From: Chiloscyllium plagiosum
Lineage: Eukaryota
Length of the DNA: 45,608 bases
NCBI RefSeq assembly: GCF_004010195.1
Contig: NC_057750.1
Coordinates: forward strand, 16,322,550-16,368,157
Reading direction: 5' to 3'
The notes under the pieces were generated by a model. The model was not told where the DNA came from, did not search any database, and saw only the letters and a list, made by a program, of their open reading frames with translations. Shown piece by piece: positions 25,452 to 38,235 of this stretch; position 1 is the first letter of the stretch, and every line of letters starts with the position of its first letter. A program made the translations under genes and the position numbers.

Positions 25452-26771
25452 AGTTTCTGTTGAATGAAGATGTCTTTACCCAAAATTTTTTTGAACAGAG
25501 AAGTTGTCTTATCTGTGAGATTAAATGCTCGTATGCCTCTATGTTCAGGATCAAGGGATTTCTCTCTGTCTGGACGCTAGGTAACAAACTCCTTTGACCT
25601 TGAAGTCTGTTCTGTTGTTTCTTTCAAAAGTCCATTGCTTCCTTTTGAACTGAGTTCACCAGCCTCTTGAGTAAAGTGGATGCAGGTAACAAGCAAGGGC
25701 TGTCATTTCCTGCCCAGTAGCATGCTAATTCATTCATTCCTGTCTTACCCGACCCTGCTGCAATCATCGTTCCCTCCAATATTAAATCCTCTCATTTTGA
25801 GGAGCTTTGTCTCTGGGGAAAGTCAGAGGAGATTTTGTCTCACACCTAATTTTCTGTTGCCTTAGAGTGGACAAGCCCATAAATCTGCCATCCTACAGCA
25901 TCACTGCTGAACCAAAATATCTGCACTTTGATCCCAATACTCAAGTGATATGTATGTTTTGTCACCTAATTTGTCTGGATCCATTCCAAGACTTGCCAAA
26001 ACAGAACTGAGAAACTTAGACCATTACTGAAAGTCCACTTTGCCCGAAGTGAAAGCACTTTACAATGAAACATGAGTTCAGATTGCAAGGCTGTTATGTA
26101 AGATATGTTCTGTCGCGAGTGCAACAGGGTGTCTAAGCATTCTTGCAAGGTATTTTAACTGATTATAACCTTGGCACTTTATTCACGATTATTTGTTTGT
26201 TATTGCAGTGTTTACAATAATCATTTTGAAAATAGGGGCACCCAAATAAAAGAGAATCTCGTGCCAGTACTGAAGGTGTCTGTAATAGAGATTTCGCTAT
26301 ATTTTGAAAAGAGAAATGTTATCAAGTCATTGATCTCTTTTGCTGTTTGTTAGCTGCGTTGTTTGCCTACTCAACAACAGTGGCTACAGTTCAGAAGTAA
26401 CTATTGATTGCAGCAGGATATATTCAGAACAAAGGCACTTTGCACTTTACAGATGCAAGTTTTATTCTTTCATTTCTCTGCCCTGCTCCCTTGACAGCTG
26501 GACACGTTCCAGCTAGGTAATTCCACATTTTTATTTTGACAAATGCAGGTTTGAAAGTGGCTTGACTTTGCTGGTGTTCTGTGGAGAAGCTGCCCCAGTA
26601 TCTATCTCTTGCAAGGGATCACTTTACTTCCTCCAAGTGTTTAATCAGCTAACTCCGCACCAGGCCAGAGAGCAAACCAAAAGCCACTTTTACACTCACC
26701 CCAGCCAACAATAATTCCTCTTCATAAGTTCATAAGACATAGGGGAAGAATTAGGTTATTCGGCTCATCGA

Positions 26772-26877
26772 AGCTAGAGAATGTGGTGCTGGAAAAGTGC
26801 AGCAGGTCAGGCAGCATCCGAGGAGCAGGATAATCGACGTTTCGGACATAAGCCCTTCATCAGGAATAACTTTCGCC
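26772..26877 (-). mobile_element. Short PLE terminal fragment with a 15-bp flanking duplication
   Basis: Shares 'gctggaaaag..gcaggtcaggcagcatc..cgacgtttcgg..cccttc.tcaggaat' with the 35116 and 41439 elements. Flanked by tattcggctcatcga (26757-26771) and tattcggttcatcga (26878-26892). Confidence 0.8.
26832..26867 (-). ncRNA. Minimal type I hammerhead ribozyme-like motif (PLE-associated)
   Basis: Minus strand AUUC-CUGAUGA-A-GGGC-UUAU-GUCC-GAAA-C-GUC-GAUU: canonical CUGAUGA and GAAA boxes, 4-bp stem II, palindromic ACGU in place of stem III, imperfect stem I. Confidence 0.65.
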
Positions 26878-27404
26878 TATTCGGTTCATCGAGTCTGCTC
26901 CCCCATTTGGTCATAGTTGATATGCTCCTGACCCCCATTTTCTTGTCTCCTCCCCATTACCAATTAAAAATCTGTCTAACTCCTCCTTAAAGCTGGGACA
27001 GTGAGTAAATTTAGGGTAGCAACTTCCACAGATTTACAACCCTTTGGGAGAAGTAGTTTCTCATCAACTCTTTTAAATTTGCTACCCCTTCTCCTAAGAC
27101 TATGATTCCTAGTCCGAGAATGCCCCACAAGAGGAAGCATCCGTTTCGTGTTTATTTTATCTGCACCTTTATCATCTTGAATACCTCAATTTGATCTCCC
27201 CTCATTCTTCTAAATTCCAGAGAGTGTAAGCCTAAACTGTTCAATCTCTCTCCATACGACAAGCCCCTCACCTTCTGAATACAATGAACTCGCTCAAATA
27301 TGGAGCCATTGAGTCTTTCACACCTTGACCGTGTAGGCATTCTTCATGCATACACTTGGAACCATGCATGACCTTGGAAACTTGGAGACCTAGGAGAATG
27401 AGCT

Positions 27405-27622
27405 TGGAGACTGTTTTGCCTGGAGCATCGGAGGGTGAGGGGTGACCTTATAGAGACTTTTAAAATCATGAGGGGCATGAATCAGATAAATAGACAAAGT
27501 CTTTATGGGCCGGGTGCTAGCAAGTGAGACTATATTAGGTTGGGATACCTGGTCGGCATGGACTAGTTGGGCCAACTGGTCTGTTTCCATGCTGTATATC
27601 TCAATGACTATATGACTATATC
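27405..27622 (+). mobile_element. CR1 3' fragment with deletion and repeated tail
   Basis: LFCLEHRRVRGDLIETFKIMRGM motif; tail 'tgactatatgactata'. Confidence 0.75.
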
Positions 27623-28000
27623 ACAGCCTAGTTTGATCTAACCTCATCTGAAGTTCATACAGGAAGGATCATTAGATTGGAAGCAATTGATTTTTTCCTC
27701 CTCAAACTGAGACCCATTGTACTTGACCTATTACCGTCCCAGCTCAGACTCGGAACATAGGTCTCAGTTTACCAAAGTCCCTTTTTGAACTAACATCCAA
27801 AACCCTGCATACTTACACACTGAACTATTCAGACAACCTCTTTGGACCTATATTTTTCTATCGGTGCTGCAGTGAAACATTCTAGCTCTGTGTTGGATTT
27901 CAACCTTTTATTCTCCGGTTACTGTGATCTTTTGTTTATTTGAGTGGTCGTATGAAGAATGCACTAGCCCTACTTCACTTTCTCTTGTATTGCATTGCAG

Positions 28001-28107
28001 CAATTGCAATGAATGGAGTTGAAGATATCAGAACTGTCCTGGAGAACTATGCTCTCGAAGATGATCCAATTGAAGCATTTAAGAAGAGACAAGAACTGTT
28101 AGCACAG
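28001..28107 (+). CDS. TIMM50: TIMM50 penultimate coding exon
   Basis: Acceptor ttgcag ends at 28000; donor gtgaga starts at 28108. The phase-1 join with the previous exon gives (T)[35 protein letters not shown], matching Tim50 [31 protein letters not shown]. 107 bp. Confidence 0.96.
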
Positions 28108-30094
28108 GTGAGAGTTCATCTCTGTTGAGATGTAGATTTATCACAGTGCTATTTTGTCAGTGTTTTTCTATCTGGTGACTTGGTACTTAGCCTGCCATGA
28201 TTAGTAAGTTGTCTCTTTCCACTAAGAAAGCAGTCTTATGGGGCTATGGTGACATTATTTATAAATCATTTGTATCCAAGTCACTTGTTTGGGAGTCCAT
28301 TTCTGGTCTCTTTCCATTTTGGAGTTTAGAGAGCCATCACTGTTCACAGTAAGTCCGATGACGGAAACCGGTAATCGTTCAGTGAGAGTAGCAGCAAGTC
28401 ACTAAGAGATACTCCTCTCACTAAGAGATTGCCTGGTCTATTTTTTCCGGTGCCTCTATTGTTACAGTGCTCACTACCCTAGAATTCCACACTGTGCCTG
28501 TTGATACCCAAATAGTCTTGATCCCATGCTGTGAAATGTTTTTGCAATCTGCTGATTTAAGAAAACCTCAAGTTTTATTTAAGAACTGTAGTCCATTAGT
28601 TTCACTCTGGCATCAGGTCTGTTAGAGTCAGGACCTGTGACATTTCATCACTTCTTGCAATGATGTATACTGTCTCATTAACACATTACAGTTAACCCCT
28701 ATACTGCAGCACCAATTTGGACAGACTTTCTTATTTCTGAGTAGATGCTAACAGAGAAGAACATTCTAGTCAAGAGGATCATCATTCATGTTGAGGGTTG
28801 CATGTCTTATGTCAGCTGGTGGATCATGGAGATGTCTCAGTCAAGCATGATCCTCTTTATTCTTGTCTATGGCAAGCAGAGTTTGCTGGATAATGATCAG
28901 GAGCTGTAACCTAGAATCCCTTCCTGACCTCAGAACAGCGGAACTAGTTATTTCATCCCTACTGGCACTCATTTGAGATCTGCTATTTTAAATTAGATTC
29001 GGGATCGACCCTGGTACTTCCTTATCTATTTGTCTGGACTGTCACTGGAAAAGTCATGGAGTTATTTATTTTAATTGACTCTGAATCCATTGCCTGGTTA
29101 CTTCTGTTTAGATTCTTGTCCTAAACCAACAGGCAAAGTTTAAACCAGACAGTAGTTTTGAAAGGTTTGCCCCGTAATGCATATTTCAATAGACAGTAAA
29201 GTCTGTATTGAGTAGTTGAGCTTGTTTTTATGGCGGTAGGTGTTTATTCAAGAAATTTGTGTTTTTTGTGCCAAGTAAATGTAGACAGTTACATGTACAA
29301 ACGGGAAACTGTTTCCAAAATGCTACGAAATATCAAATTATTACTTAATCCTACATGAAGAGCATACATGTAGAATTTTGTCTGAGATTTAACTTGTTAG
29401 TGATAATTAGCCAAGGTACTTAAATAACTTCACATGCATCATTTTATAACCTCATTTCTGACACTACCTTTATTTGAAATAATATCCTAATGTAGTCATT
29501 TTAAAGTAGTTTGGAAATTGTTTGCTCATGTGTAATCTTTTAAATTTGTACGGTGCAAAAATAAATGACATTTCTTAAATTAACTTCTACCATTTTAACT
29601 GTATGATATTTATTGCAAAAAATATATTGCTTGTGCACCTTGTATGTATATGAACATATGAATTAGGAAGAGAAGCAAACTGTTCAGTTCCTAGGACATG
29701 CTCTGTCTTTCAATAAAATCATGACTGTTCTGGTTGTGACCTGAACTTCACTTTCCTGCCTACTCCCAATATCTTTGGGCTTCCTTTGTTAGCCAAAATT
29801 TAATCGAACTCTGTCTTACAATTGTTAGGTGAGCACAGTTCATTAGACTCTCAACCCTCTGAGAAAAATAATTCTCTCATTGCCATCTTAAATAGGAAAA
29901 CTCTTATTTTTAAACTGTCCTCCAGTTCTGTTGTCAAAAAACTATTAATTTAATTACAAAATTTCCATGTGACCAGTTCCAGTATTTGTTTGATTGGCAA
30001 CTCTCTTTCTTTTTAATATGTAAATTCTCCCTTCATTTCAGTCATGATACAGTGCATAGAACTCTGAACCTTTAAGTTAGAAGGATGTGCAACT

Positions 30095-30440
30095 TCAATG
30101 CTGAGCACAAAATCCAGGCTGGTATTCCAGTGTGCAAGTGCTTCAGTGTCAGAGCGTGCCATCTTTGGATGAGATGTTAATGTAATGTATTGTCTGCTGT
30201 TTCTGATGGACGTAAAAGAATGCTGTCTTAATATTGAAAGAAGAGCAAGTGACTTCGCCCTGTCTTGGGCAATACGTATCTGTGAACCAACATCACATTT
30301 TTTAAAAAGAAATCTAGCAATTGTCTTTTTTGGAACCCTTAGGAAATGTAGCAGACATTTTTTGTTCCTTTTATGTTAGAATAAGGATTGAATTTCCCTG
30401 ACTACTCCATGAAAGGTATAAGACCAGTGCAAGTTCTTTG
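30095..30440 (+). mobile_element. Deu-domain SINE (SacSINE1/AmnSINE1-like), decayed
   Basis: 'gtgccatctttggatgagatgttaa..ggacgtaaaaga..gaagagca..caacatcac' resembles the Deu-SINE central domain as I recall it. Confidence 0.6.
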
Positions 30441-30479
30441 GGGATTGTTTCAGAGTTATCCATAAACATTGTCCAAATC

Positions 30480-31000
30480 CTCACCCCATCTGATGCTGGA
30501 ACATTTACCTATGGCTTTGTTCCCCTCAGACTTGATTACTGAAATGCTTACATGCTGCACTTTCATGTTCTACATAAACTCCTCACATGCACAACTCTGC
30601 ATGTGGCCTCACTTGAATCTGATCCCGTTCACCCTTCCGCATGGGCTCCAAGTCAAGCATGGCCTCTACTAAATAAATATTCTTGAACTTGCTTTTTGAA
30701 TACCTCCATTGCTTACCCCCGCCACATATCTGTAATCTCCTACCTCATGGTTCTTTTGTATATCCATGTCTCCAATTCTGGCCAATTTTAATTGTTCCAT
30801 TGTTGGTGGCTGTGCCTTCAGCTGCCATATCTCTAATCTCTGGAATTCCTTCACTAAAGCTCTGTGTCTCTATCACTATCTCTCTTTTTCCCTCCTCTAA
30901 AATAGTCAATAGACAAACATACCTTTCTAACCAAGATTTTGGTCAAGTGTCCTGACATGTCCTTGCATGCTCCTATGAAGTGCCTAGGGATAATTTACAC
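30480..31000 (+). mobile_element. L2-like LINE 3' end, decayed
   Basis: 'ggtggctgtgccttcagctgc..ctctggaattcctt' corresponds to the GGRAFS..LWNSL C-terminal motif of L2 ORF2, followed by 3' UTR-like sequence. Confidence 0.55.
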
Positions 31001-31367
31001 TTAATTCTTGTTTTCCACTAATTTGCTATCGGCATACTTACGATGTCTGTCCAGGCCTCATCTTTTCTTCTCTTCTCCCCCCCAACCACTCTTCAACTTG
31101 CACGGTCTGATCACAAGGTCCTTCGCTGTAGATAGGAGAGTTACATTGAAATGGCATCCACACTCTGCTGTCAGTGGGAAGTCCACGTCCCAACCCCTCG
31201 TGGATAATGACGTGTTCTCTGCAAATCGTACCTTGTAAATAAGAGTTATTGGTATTTCTCAGCCTGTTTCCCCTAATAAGAATCTGTCTGAAACACTGGA
31301 TGGAATTAGCCAAGCCACAGACTGGTCTAACCTCTCCTTTTTTTTTGTTTCTGTTCCACAATACCAG

Positions 31368-31469
31368 GAAGAACAGCAGAGAATAACTGATCGATCGCAG
31401 CAGAAATCTTCTGGCCTCTCCTTGGGATCTTTGACAAGCAAACTATGGCAACGGTCCAAACCACAGTAA
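31368..31469 (+). CDS. TIMM50: TIMM50 last coding exon, through the stop codon
   Basis: T-rich tract and ccag end at 31367; phase-0 join. Translates EEQQRITDRSQQKSSGLSLGSLTSKLWQRSKPQ* (TAA at 31467-31469), matching the Tim50 C-terminus EEQQRLAELS...LGSLTSRLWPRSKQP. Absent from the ORF track because it is short and has no ATG. Confidence 0.93.
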   Translation, partial: EEQQRITDRSQQKSSGLSLGSLTSKLWQRSKPQ

Positions 31470-32081
31470 CACACACCTTACCTCCAGTCCTACCCTCCTA
31501 CTGTATTACCTAGAAAAGTCAGACCTACCTATTGCTCCAAGCTGGAGTAGGCATGGCTGTATTCACCATAAGGTTCTGCATATGGTGAAAACTGTTACCA
31601 GAGAGATTCTGGTTAATTTTCATACTGTGCTAGCCCTTTGGCTGATAGGGTTAGACATGTGTGACCACGCAGAGGTGGAATATTGATCATTATATCCCAT
31701 CACAAGTCCTGATATTGGCAGCCATTTTAAATGTACTGGCTTGATTTGAATACTAAGGCAAAGTCGTATTTGATCCACTGATATTAGTTTGTGTGTTAGT
31801 TAATTGGAAGAATAGATTATTTTTTAAACTGCAGTCTTTACAAGCCTGCAATTAAACTGTGATTACACTTGGGGTGGGGAGAGTCCAATTGTCTTATCAT
31901 TGTGAATAGTGCTATTAAATGTACCAACTATTAAAACTGCACACAGATTTTTAGACAGTGCCTGTAAAATGGTGCCTACCAGAATATAGTGTATCTTTCC
32001 TTTTACAATCAATACAATTTCATGCCTTTAACATTCTGTAAATGATGTGCATAAGAAACGATGTAGGTCAGCGAGGAGTTT

Positions 32082-32087
32082 AATAAA
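32082..32087 (+). promoter_or_regulatory. Candidate polyadenylation signal of TIMM50 (AATAAA)
   Basis: First canonical AATAAA I found after the stop codon, about 610 bp downstream, in AT-rich UTR-like sequence. ATTAAA variants occur slightly earlier (e.g. 31851). Usage unverified. Confidence 0.35.
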
Positions 32088-35000
32088 ATTATGAAGACAA
32101 GCAGCAAGCTATATAAAATTCTACATAAATGTCATAACAGTTAAAACCAGCAATGACGTATCTTTGGAATCTGTTCGCTGTTCTTAATTATAGTTTATTT
32201 TGGACAGTCCCAAGTTTGCTGTGTTAAAATTGTTAGAGCATGAGTGGGCTATGCTTTTATTTTACTTAACAATGGGCCCATATGTGTTGCATGAGCAATT
32301 TGAAAGTTATCAATTAATTTTCAAAGGTATAAATTTAAAAGTTTTTTTTAAATTTCTTGGATTTCTCGCAAATCATGCAACCCTACTTAACATTTAATTC
32401 CTTTCTTACTCCCTTTTCAGAATTGCAAATATTGTATACCCCTAATCCCCAATGAAGAGATCAGACAGGTGGCCTCTTTAAGATTCTGAAAGCACAATCC
32501 ATATGTACACTGGTCAAAGAGGCTTGTTGGAAGATTTAAACAAGTGTTTTGGAGTGGTCAGGAGGAAAGGGTGAGCTTAATTGAAGAATTTCTTGTGTTT
32601 CTTTAAAAATATTTTAAAGATTACATGCAGGGAAGCTATTTCCTCTGGTGGATATATTCAGAAGAGAGGGGGCATAATTTTAAAATTGCAGCCACATGAT
32701 TCATAAGTGGAAATATTGTTTATACATACCCACAAACACATGTTAACAGAACCCAGTTCTGGAACCCAGTTTTCTCACAAGGCTGTGGGTTCTTAGAGTC
32801 AGAAAGGAGTTGGGTTTTGTTGAGCCCTGAGGATATGGATTCACAGGTAAATACAGATCGGTGGTCTAATTAAATAGTGGAGCTAGCCCAAAAGCCTGAA
32901 CTCCTGATCTTTATAATGTGTGATGTTTTATTAAATTTCTGCTTGAACCTAACTGAAGTTGTAACCAAGGTTGAATTATTTTTGTTTTGAAGGGAAAGTA
33001 AAATTCATATTACTCAGAGGGAAAGAAAAGCTTCTAATAGGTAAGAGAGGAGAGAAATAAAATCCATTACAATTGAAATTCCTTTGCACAATTACAGAGA
33101 TTGTATGTGGTTCCTAAAGCTTTTGAACTGGTCTGTAAATGTCATTGTAACCAGTGGGTCTTTTAAACTATCCATTAATTACCAGGATGTCTGGGGTCAT
33201 GCACCACTTTCACTCGTCACTCCCTCTGACAGTTGAAATTGTAACCACATAATTGGGATCTGACAAAGTGTAAATTAGAATAATGCCAACAATGCTGTAC
33301 CACTACTTCTCATTTTAATACTCCACACAAGCCTCTTCCTATCTGTGTTCATCTCACCCTAGTACTTGAATTTCTTTCTACCTTCTGTACTACTTCATCT
33401 TCCATTTCGATGCAACTTGGCAATTTTCCTCTGCCATTGTGTTTGGTAGCAAGTTTCATATGTTCAAAGATTAGTCCCCCAGCCTTTTAATAAGGAGCAG
33501 TCAGAAGATGTATCATTGGGTCATCTAAAATGTACCATACCAATTCCTGGCCATTTTTTTTCTCTTGAACATCTCTGCTGTAGAATCTCACCGCTCCAGT
33601 CGAGGTCCACTACTTTGTATGATTAGTCAGTCCTCATCTGTCAATTAGACAGTAAGTGTTGGCAGGCTCAGAGACTCTTGTCGATCATGTTCCTTCCTAT
33701 AGTCCTTTAGGTGTTCACTAAAGCGTATTCAAGTCCAGTTTACTTTGCTAAATTGTTTTTTTTTTAATACGCTTGACTATACAGTTGAATTGTAGTACTG
33801 CTGTGCCTGAGGTCCATAGCCCAGTAGGGATTAAGGTCAGGACTTTCCAAGTCTGTATATCTCTGAACCATTCACGTTGGGCTGCTAATCATTCTGTCAC
33901 AGCACTAATTATGTTATGTAATGGGGGAATTTTTTTCCCTTCTCTTCCAGGATTACTGGCTTATGTTGCTTAGTACTGTCAGTTGTGTGGTACGCAAATA
34001 CCAAATCAAACCAGTTTGGAATATTTCTTGCTATAATTTTAATATAGAGATACAAAAAAAAATAGTTGTCACAGGAGCCTAGAGTAGGAGTGTCAGAGAG
34101 TTTTCCCTTCAAAGTGTGTAATTTTGGAGGCACCTTAGAAAATTGAATCTCTTTTAAAAACTTTTAGGGACACATCTGAAGTTATTGCTACCAATAAGTC
34201 TTGGAATTCTGATTTAGACTTTATCACCAGTGAGACCAGAGTATTCAGGAGCATCCTTCTCCAAATACACAAAGCCATGTCAGTCAAGCCAGACCCAATA
34301 ATAGGGCTGGGTTGTCCGAGATTTTTATTGGCCATTTGGTCGTGGAAGGCATGCTTTGCTTCAATCATTTTAACTATTTGTTTGACTTGGACTGAAGCAT
34401 GATCATGTCCTCATCCTGTGGTTCTCGCAGGATAGTGATCAGATTGGCTTTCTTCAGTAGCCAAAAGATTCTGAAGCAGGTTATCACCCCAATGTCTATT
34501 GTGGCTGCAATGAGTTAAATCAATTCTTAGTTGGGAGTGGTGGGATAAAGGCAAGCATATGAGTCTCCCACTGGAAGGTGAAACTAAAAGAATCAGGCAA
34601 GTGGGCTTTATTTCAATGCTTGTTTTGTCTGTGTCATTTATGCCACCTTTCTAATCTGGTGATCTTGCTATCCTGTACCACTCAGGCATTTGGTTTATGA
34701 TGTGAACTGTTTTTAGGAAGACAAACCAAGTGTGAAATTAAGCCAGTTTTCAAATATGAAGTTATTTGTGTTTCTGAGGAACAGTATAACTTTTGGGGGT
34801 TTCAATGCTGTAACATGATTTCTTCCATTTCTTATAAATTTGTCAGCACTCAAGAGTTGGATTGAGATGCCAGATTCAATTTCCACTCTGTCAAAGACAA
34901 TGAATGCAGTTGGTGCTGTGATACAGTACTGTTGAGAGGGAAACCAGATGGAGATGTTACTCCAGATTAATATCTTTAACCCCTGATGCAGATAGTGTCT

Positions 35001-35115
35001 GTAAAAACATTGGGTGAGGATGAATTATACTGTTGCTACTGCACTCTTTCATAGGGGTTTTGGTGCCGATGTAATTATGGGCAAACGTTTCTGGAGTGTA
35101 GGTAACATTATTAGG

Positions 35116-35637
35116 AGAAAGTGAGGACTGCAGATGCTGGAGATCAGAGCTGAAAAATGTGTTGCTGGAAAAGCGCAGCAGGTCAGGCAGCATCAAAGGA
35201 GCAGGAGAATCGACGTTTCGGGCATAAACCCTTCTTCAGGAATGAGGAGGGTGTGCCAAGCAGGCTAAGATAAAAGGTAGGGAGGAGGGACTTGGGGGAG
35301 GGGCGTTGGGAATGCGATAGGTGGAAGGAGGTTAAGGTGAGGGTGATAGGCCGGAGAGGACGGGAAGAAGGTTGCAGGTCAAGAAGGCGGTGCTGAGTCA
35401 GAGGGTTGGGACTGAGAAAAGGTGGGGGGAGGGGAAATGAGGAAGCTGGAGAAATCTGCATTCATCCCTGGATGAAGACCTGCAATCTTCTTCCCGCCCT
35501 CTCCGGCCTATCACCCTCACCTTCACCTCCTTCCACCTATCGCATTCCCAATGCCCCTCCCCCAAGTCCCTCCTCCCTACCTTTTATCTTAGCCTGCTTG
35601 GCACACCCTCCTCATTCCTGAAGAAGGGCTTATGCCT
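35116..35637 (-). mobile_element. 5'-truncated Penelope-like element with an inverted partial pseudo-LTR and a 14-bp TSD
   Basis: TSD gtaacattattagg at 35102-35115 and 35638-35651. 160-bp inverted arms at 35221-35380 and 35477-35636. Minus strand from 35471 encodes PGMNADFSSFLISPPP, a PLE ORF end. Confidence 0.88.
35208..35243 (-). ncRNA. Minimal hammerhead ribozyme-like motif (PLE-associated)
   Basis: Minus strand AUUC-CUGAAGA-A-GGGU-UUAU-GCCC-GAAA-C-GUC-GAUU. Confidence 0.6.
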
Positions 35638-36477
35638 GTAACATTATTAGGCTCTACTGATATTTCTGGAACTTCTGTCACTTTAGCTTTGTTGGTGACA
35701 CTCTCACTTTAGAGTCAGAATTGTGGAATCATGTTCAGCTCTTCAAGCAACATGTAGCTGAGGCAGCTATTTCCATGTGCAAATTTTAAAAAACTCAAGA
35801 TACCCCCATTGTGTAAAACTGATGAATGGGTCCTGACCAAAATTTCTGATTGTTCACTTGTTCCATGCTGGGCTGTCCTGAGATTGAGAAAGGTGCTATT
35901 TAAAAGCAAGTTCCTTGCTGAAACTTAACACAACTGTGTCTTGTAATCATTTCCAGGTATCCATTATGTGAAATCAAATTACCCTTCTTATAAAATCTTC
36001 ACCTGCCATTGCATTACATTTTAGTGTTTGTTCCTCTGTCTCCAGCCTTTTCCTGGTTTGGAAATCTAGCAATTGTAAGTCTGGCTATTTCCTTGTAAAA
36101 TTGGAGCAGGACTGCAGTGTGTCAGCAGCGTGACAACTGCTTTGTCCTTGTGTCCTAAATTGCATTGCTGAAGTTTTTAGCAAATATGTTAAACTGCCTG
36201 CAATGTTGTGCAATAAAACAGTTCAGTGCAGTAGTTTTAACGATTTGAGATTACTTGTGATTCTTCCCATCAGAAAAAGGAAGATCAGCACACCTCCATC
36301 CTTTCCTGGGTTAAGTTTCTACGTCCATTGGTCAGTATTGATGTCTTTTGGTCATTATCCACATTGAAGCAGGAGTAGGCCTTTAAGCCATCTGAGCTTG
36401 TTCTTTGAATCTTTTAAATGCCATGGTTCATAACTCTTGATGTCCATAGCTAACTCAGAAAAAATAACTAATGAAAT

Positions 36478-36595
36478 CAAGAACTACAAATGCTGGAAAT
36501 CTAAAATAAGAACAAATTGCTGGCAAAACTCAGCAAATCGGGCAGCATTTGTGAGAACAAAGCAAAATTAACATTTTGAGTCTTCATCAGAATAA
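36478..36595 (-). mobile_element. Old PLE-derived terminal fragment
   Basis: 'aaatgctggaaatct..ttgctggcaaaactcagca..ggcagcatttgtg..cttcatcagaa'; the reverse complement contains CTGATGAAG. Distantly similar to the younger PLE ends in this window. Confidence 0.45.
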
Positions 36596-37239
36596 TCTAT
36601 TCTGGTATTGAATATAGTCAGAAATGACTGTGGCTCAAAGCCAGATGTCTGAGGTAAGGCAGGGCAGCAGAATTGTATTCATCACATTCTAATAGGGTCT
36701 AATCTGTGTTCTAGGAATGTAGGGCAGTATTATAAGCATACCAGCCAATGCACCTTAAAAGGGCCAATAACCTAGTCATGCTACAGCTTAATGCTTAACA
36801 GCAGAAGCACCATGCTGCATTTGTAGCTAAGCAATTGCACCTCTACTGGATTACATCAAGGCTGGTAGAAAATTCAGGTGGCTCTGAGTATCCCATCATC
36901 ATTGGCAGACCCCACACAAGTTTGCAAAGATAAGGTATTTTCAGCAAACTTGATTCACTCCATGTAATGTTCATCAACAGCTGACCTTGCTAGATACAGC
37001 ATAGGCTATGAACTTCCAACAAAACCCTAATTATAGTTTGAACACTGGTAGTCCAGGATTAGCATCCCCTCCTACTAAGCTGTGCCAGTTCAGCTGCAAA
37101 TTTGACACCTGTATGACAAATTAGCAAATAAAGTACATCCTGTCTGCAAAAGGCTAGCTAATTGCTGCTCTATCATCTTGCTCTCAAACATTGGAAAAGT
37201 TGTGTTGTTTAATATGCAATGGAGTGGAACTTGCCATAG

Positions 37240-38235
37240 CCTGCTGACAATGCTCTGTATTGAACCAGGACTGTTTGGCTCCTGACCACCTCAAAGCTTT
37301 GGTCCAAATGTGGACAGAAGTGCTGAGTTTCAGTAGTGAGGAGAGAATGACTGATGTCAAGGCATTTTACCAAGTGACATTGTAAGACTAGAATCGTGGG
37401 GTTTGGGAAGAAGAGGAGTTGTGAGCAGAACTCCAGGTTTGCAGTCATACCTAGCAAAAACAACAATGGTTGTTGAAAGTCAGTTATCTACTCTGGGAAT
37501 TCCTCAGGCAGTGTCCTCAATCCAACCATCTTCAACTACTTTATTAATGACCTTCCATCATAAGATCAGAAGTGAAATGTTCATTGATTTGTTTTAACGT
37601 TCAGTTTCACTTGCAACTGTTTAAGGGATGAAACAGTGCATACCTAAGTGCACCAGGACCGAAATAACATTGAGGCTCAGGCTGGGAAGGGATAACTAAC
37701 ATTTGTCATATCGAGTAATGACCATAAGCAACAAGATAGAATCTGACCATTTTCCTTTGCTAATGAATACCATAACCATCATTGAATTCCACCTGCCCCC
37801 CCAAATTAAAACCCTGAGAGGGACTGAACTGGACCACCCATATCAATATTGTGAATACTTGATCAGATACTGTGATAAGTAACTCTCCACCTGGCTCCTT
37901 TAAAATCTGTTGCCATCTGCAAAGTGTTATGGCAGAAATATGATGAAATATTCGTAAATTGATTTGACACCAATCCTTCCATTCACATTATCCACCACTG
38001 AAACACACTGGCAGCTGTGTTACTGTTGAACAGCACCTTGTCATATAACAACCCTACCTGCAAATATAATTGTACTTTCATAGTCACATGCATCAAAATC
38101 CAACGACCCTATTGGTGTATCTACACCAGTTGTTGCTGTTGTTGAAGAAAGGAGCTCACCACTATCTTGTCCAAGACAATTGGGAATTGGAATTAAATCA
38201 ATGGTTGTTCAGTTGTTGAGCATACCCAAGATGAG
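37240..38235 (+). mobile_element. Very decayed non-LTR retrotransposon (CR1/L2-group) RT and 3' UTR
   Basis: Remnants resembling ALVQMWTEVL..DVKAF, GIPQ..VLNPTIFNYFINDL, and a 3' UTR 'gaaaggagctcaccactatctt..caattggga'. Confidence 0.5.

Larger units (their letters stand above)
26722..27280 (-). mobile_element. CR1 3' end, host of the PLE fragment at 26772-26877
   Basis: Minus strand GLSYGERLNSLGLHSLEFRRMRGDQIEVFKMIK; tail appears as 'cataagttcataagacatagg' on the + strand. Confidence 0.8.

Noticed and set aside
31038..31474. Minus-strand ORFs over the last TIMM50 exon
   Set aside because: Antisense shadows; the + strand has the splice signals and the homology.
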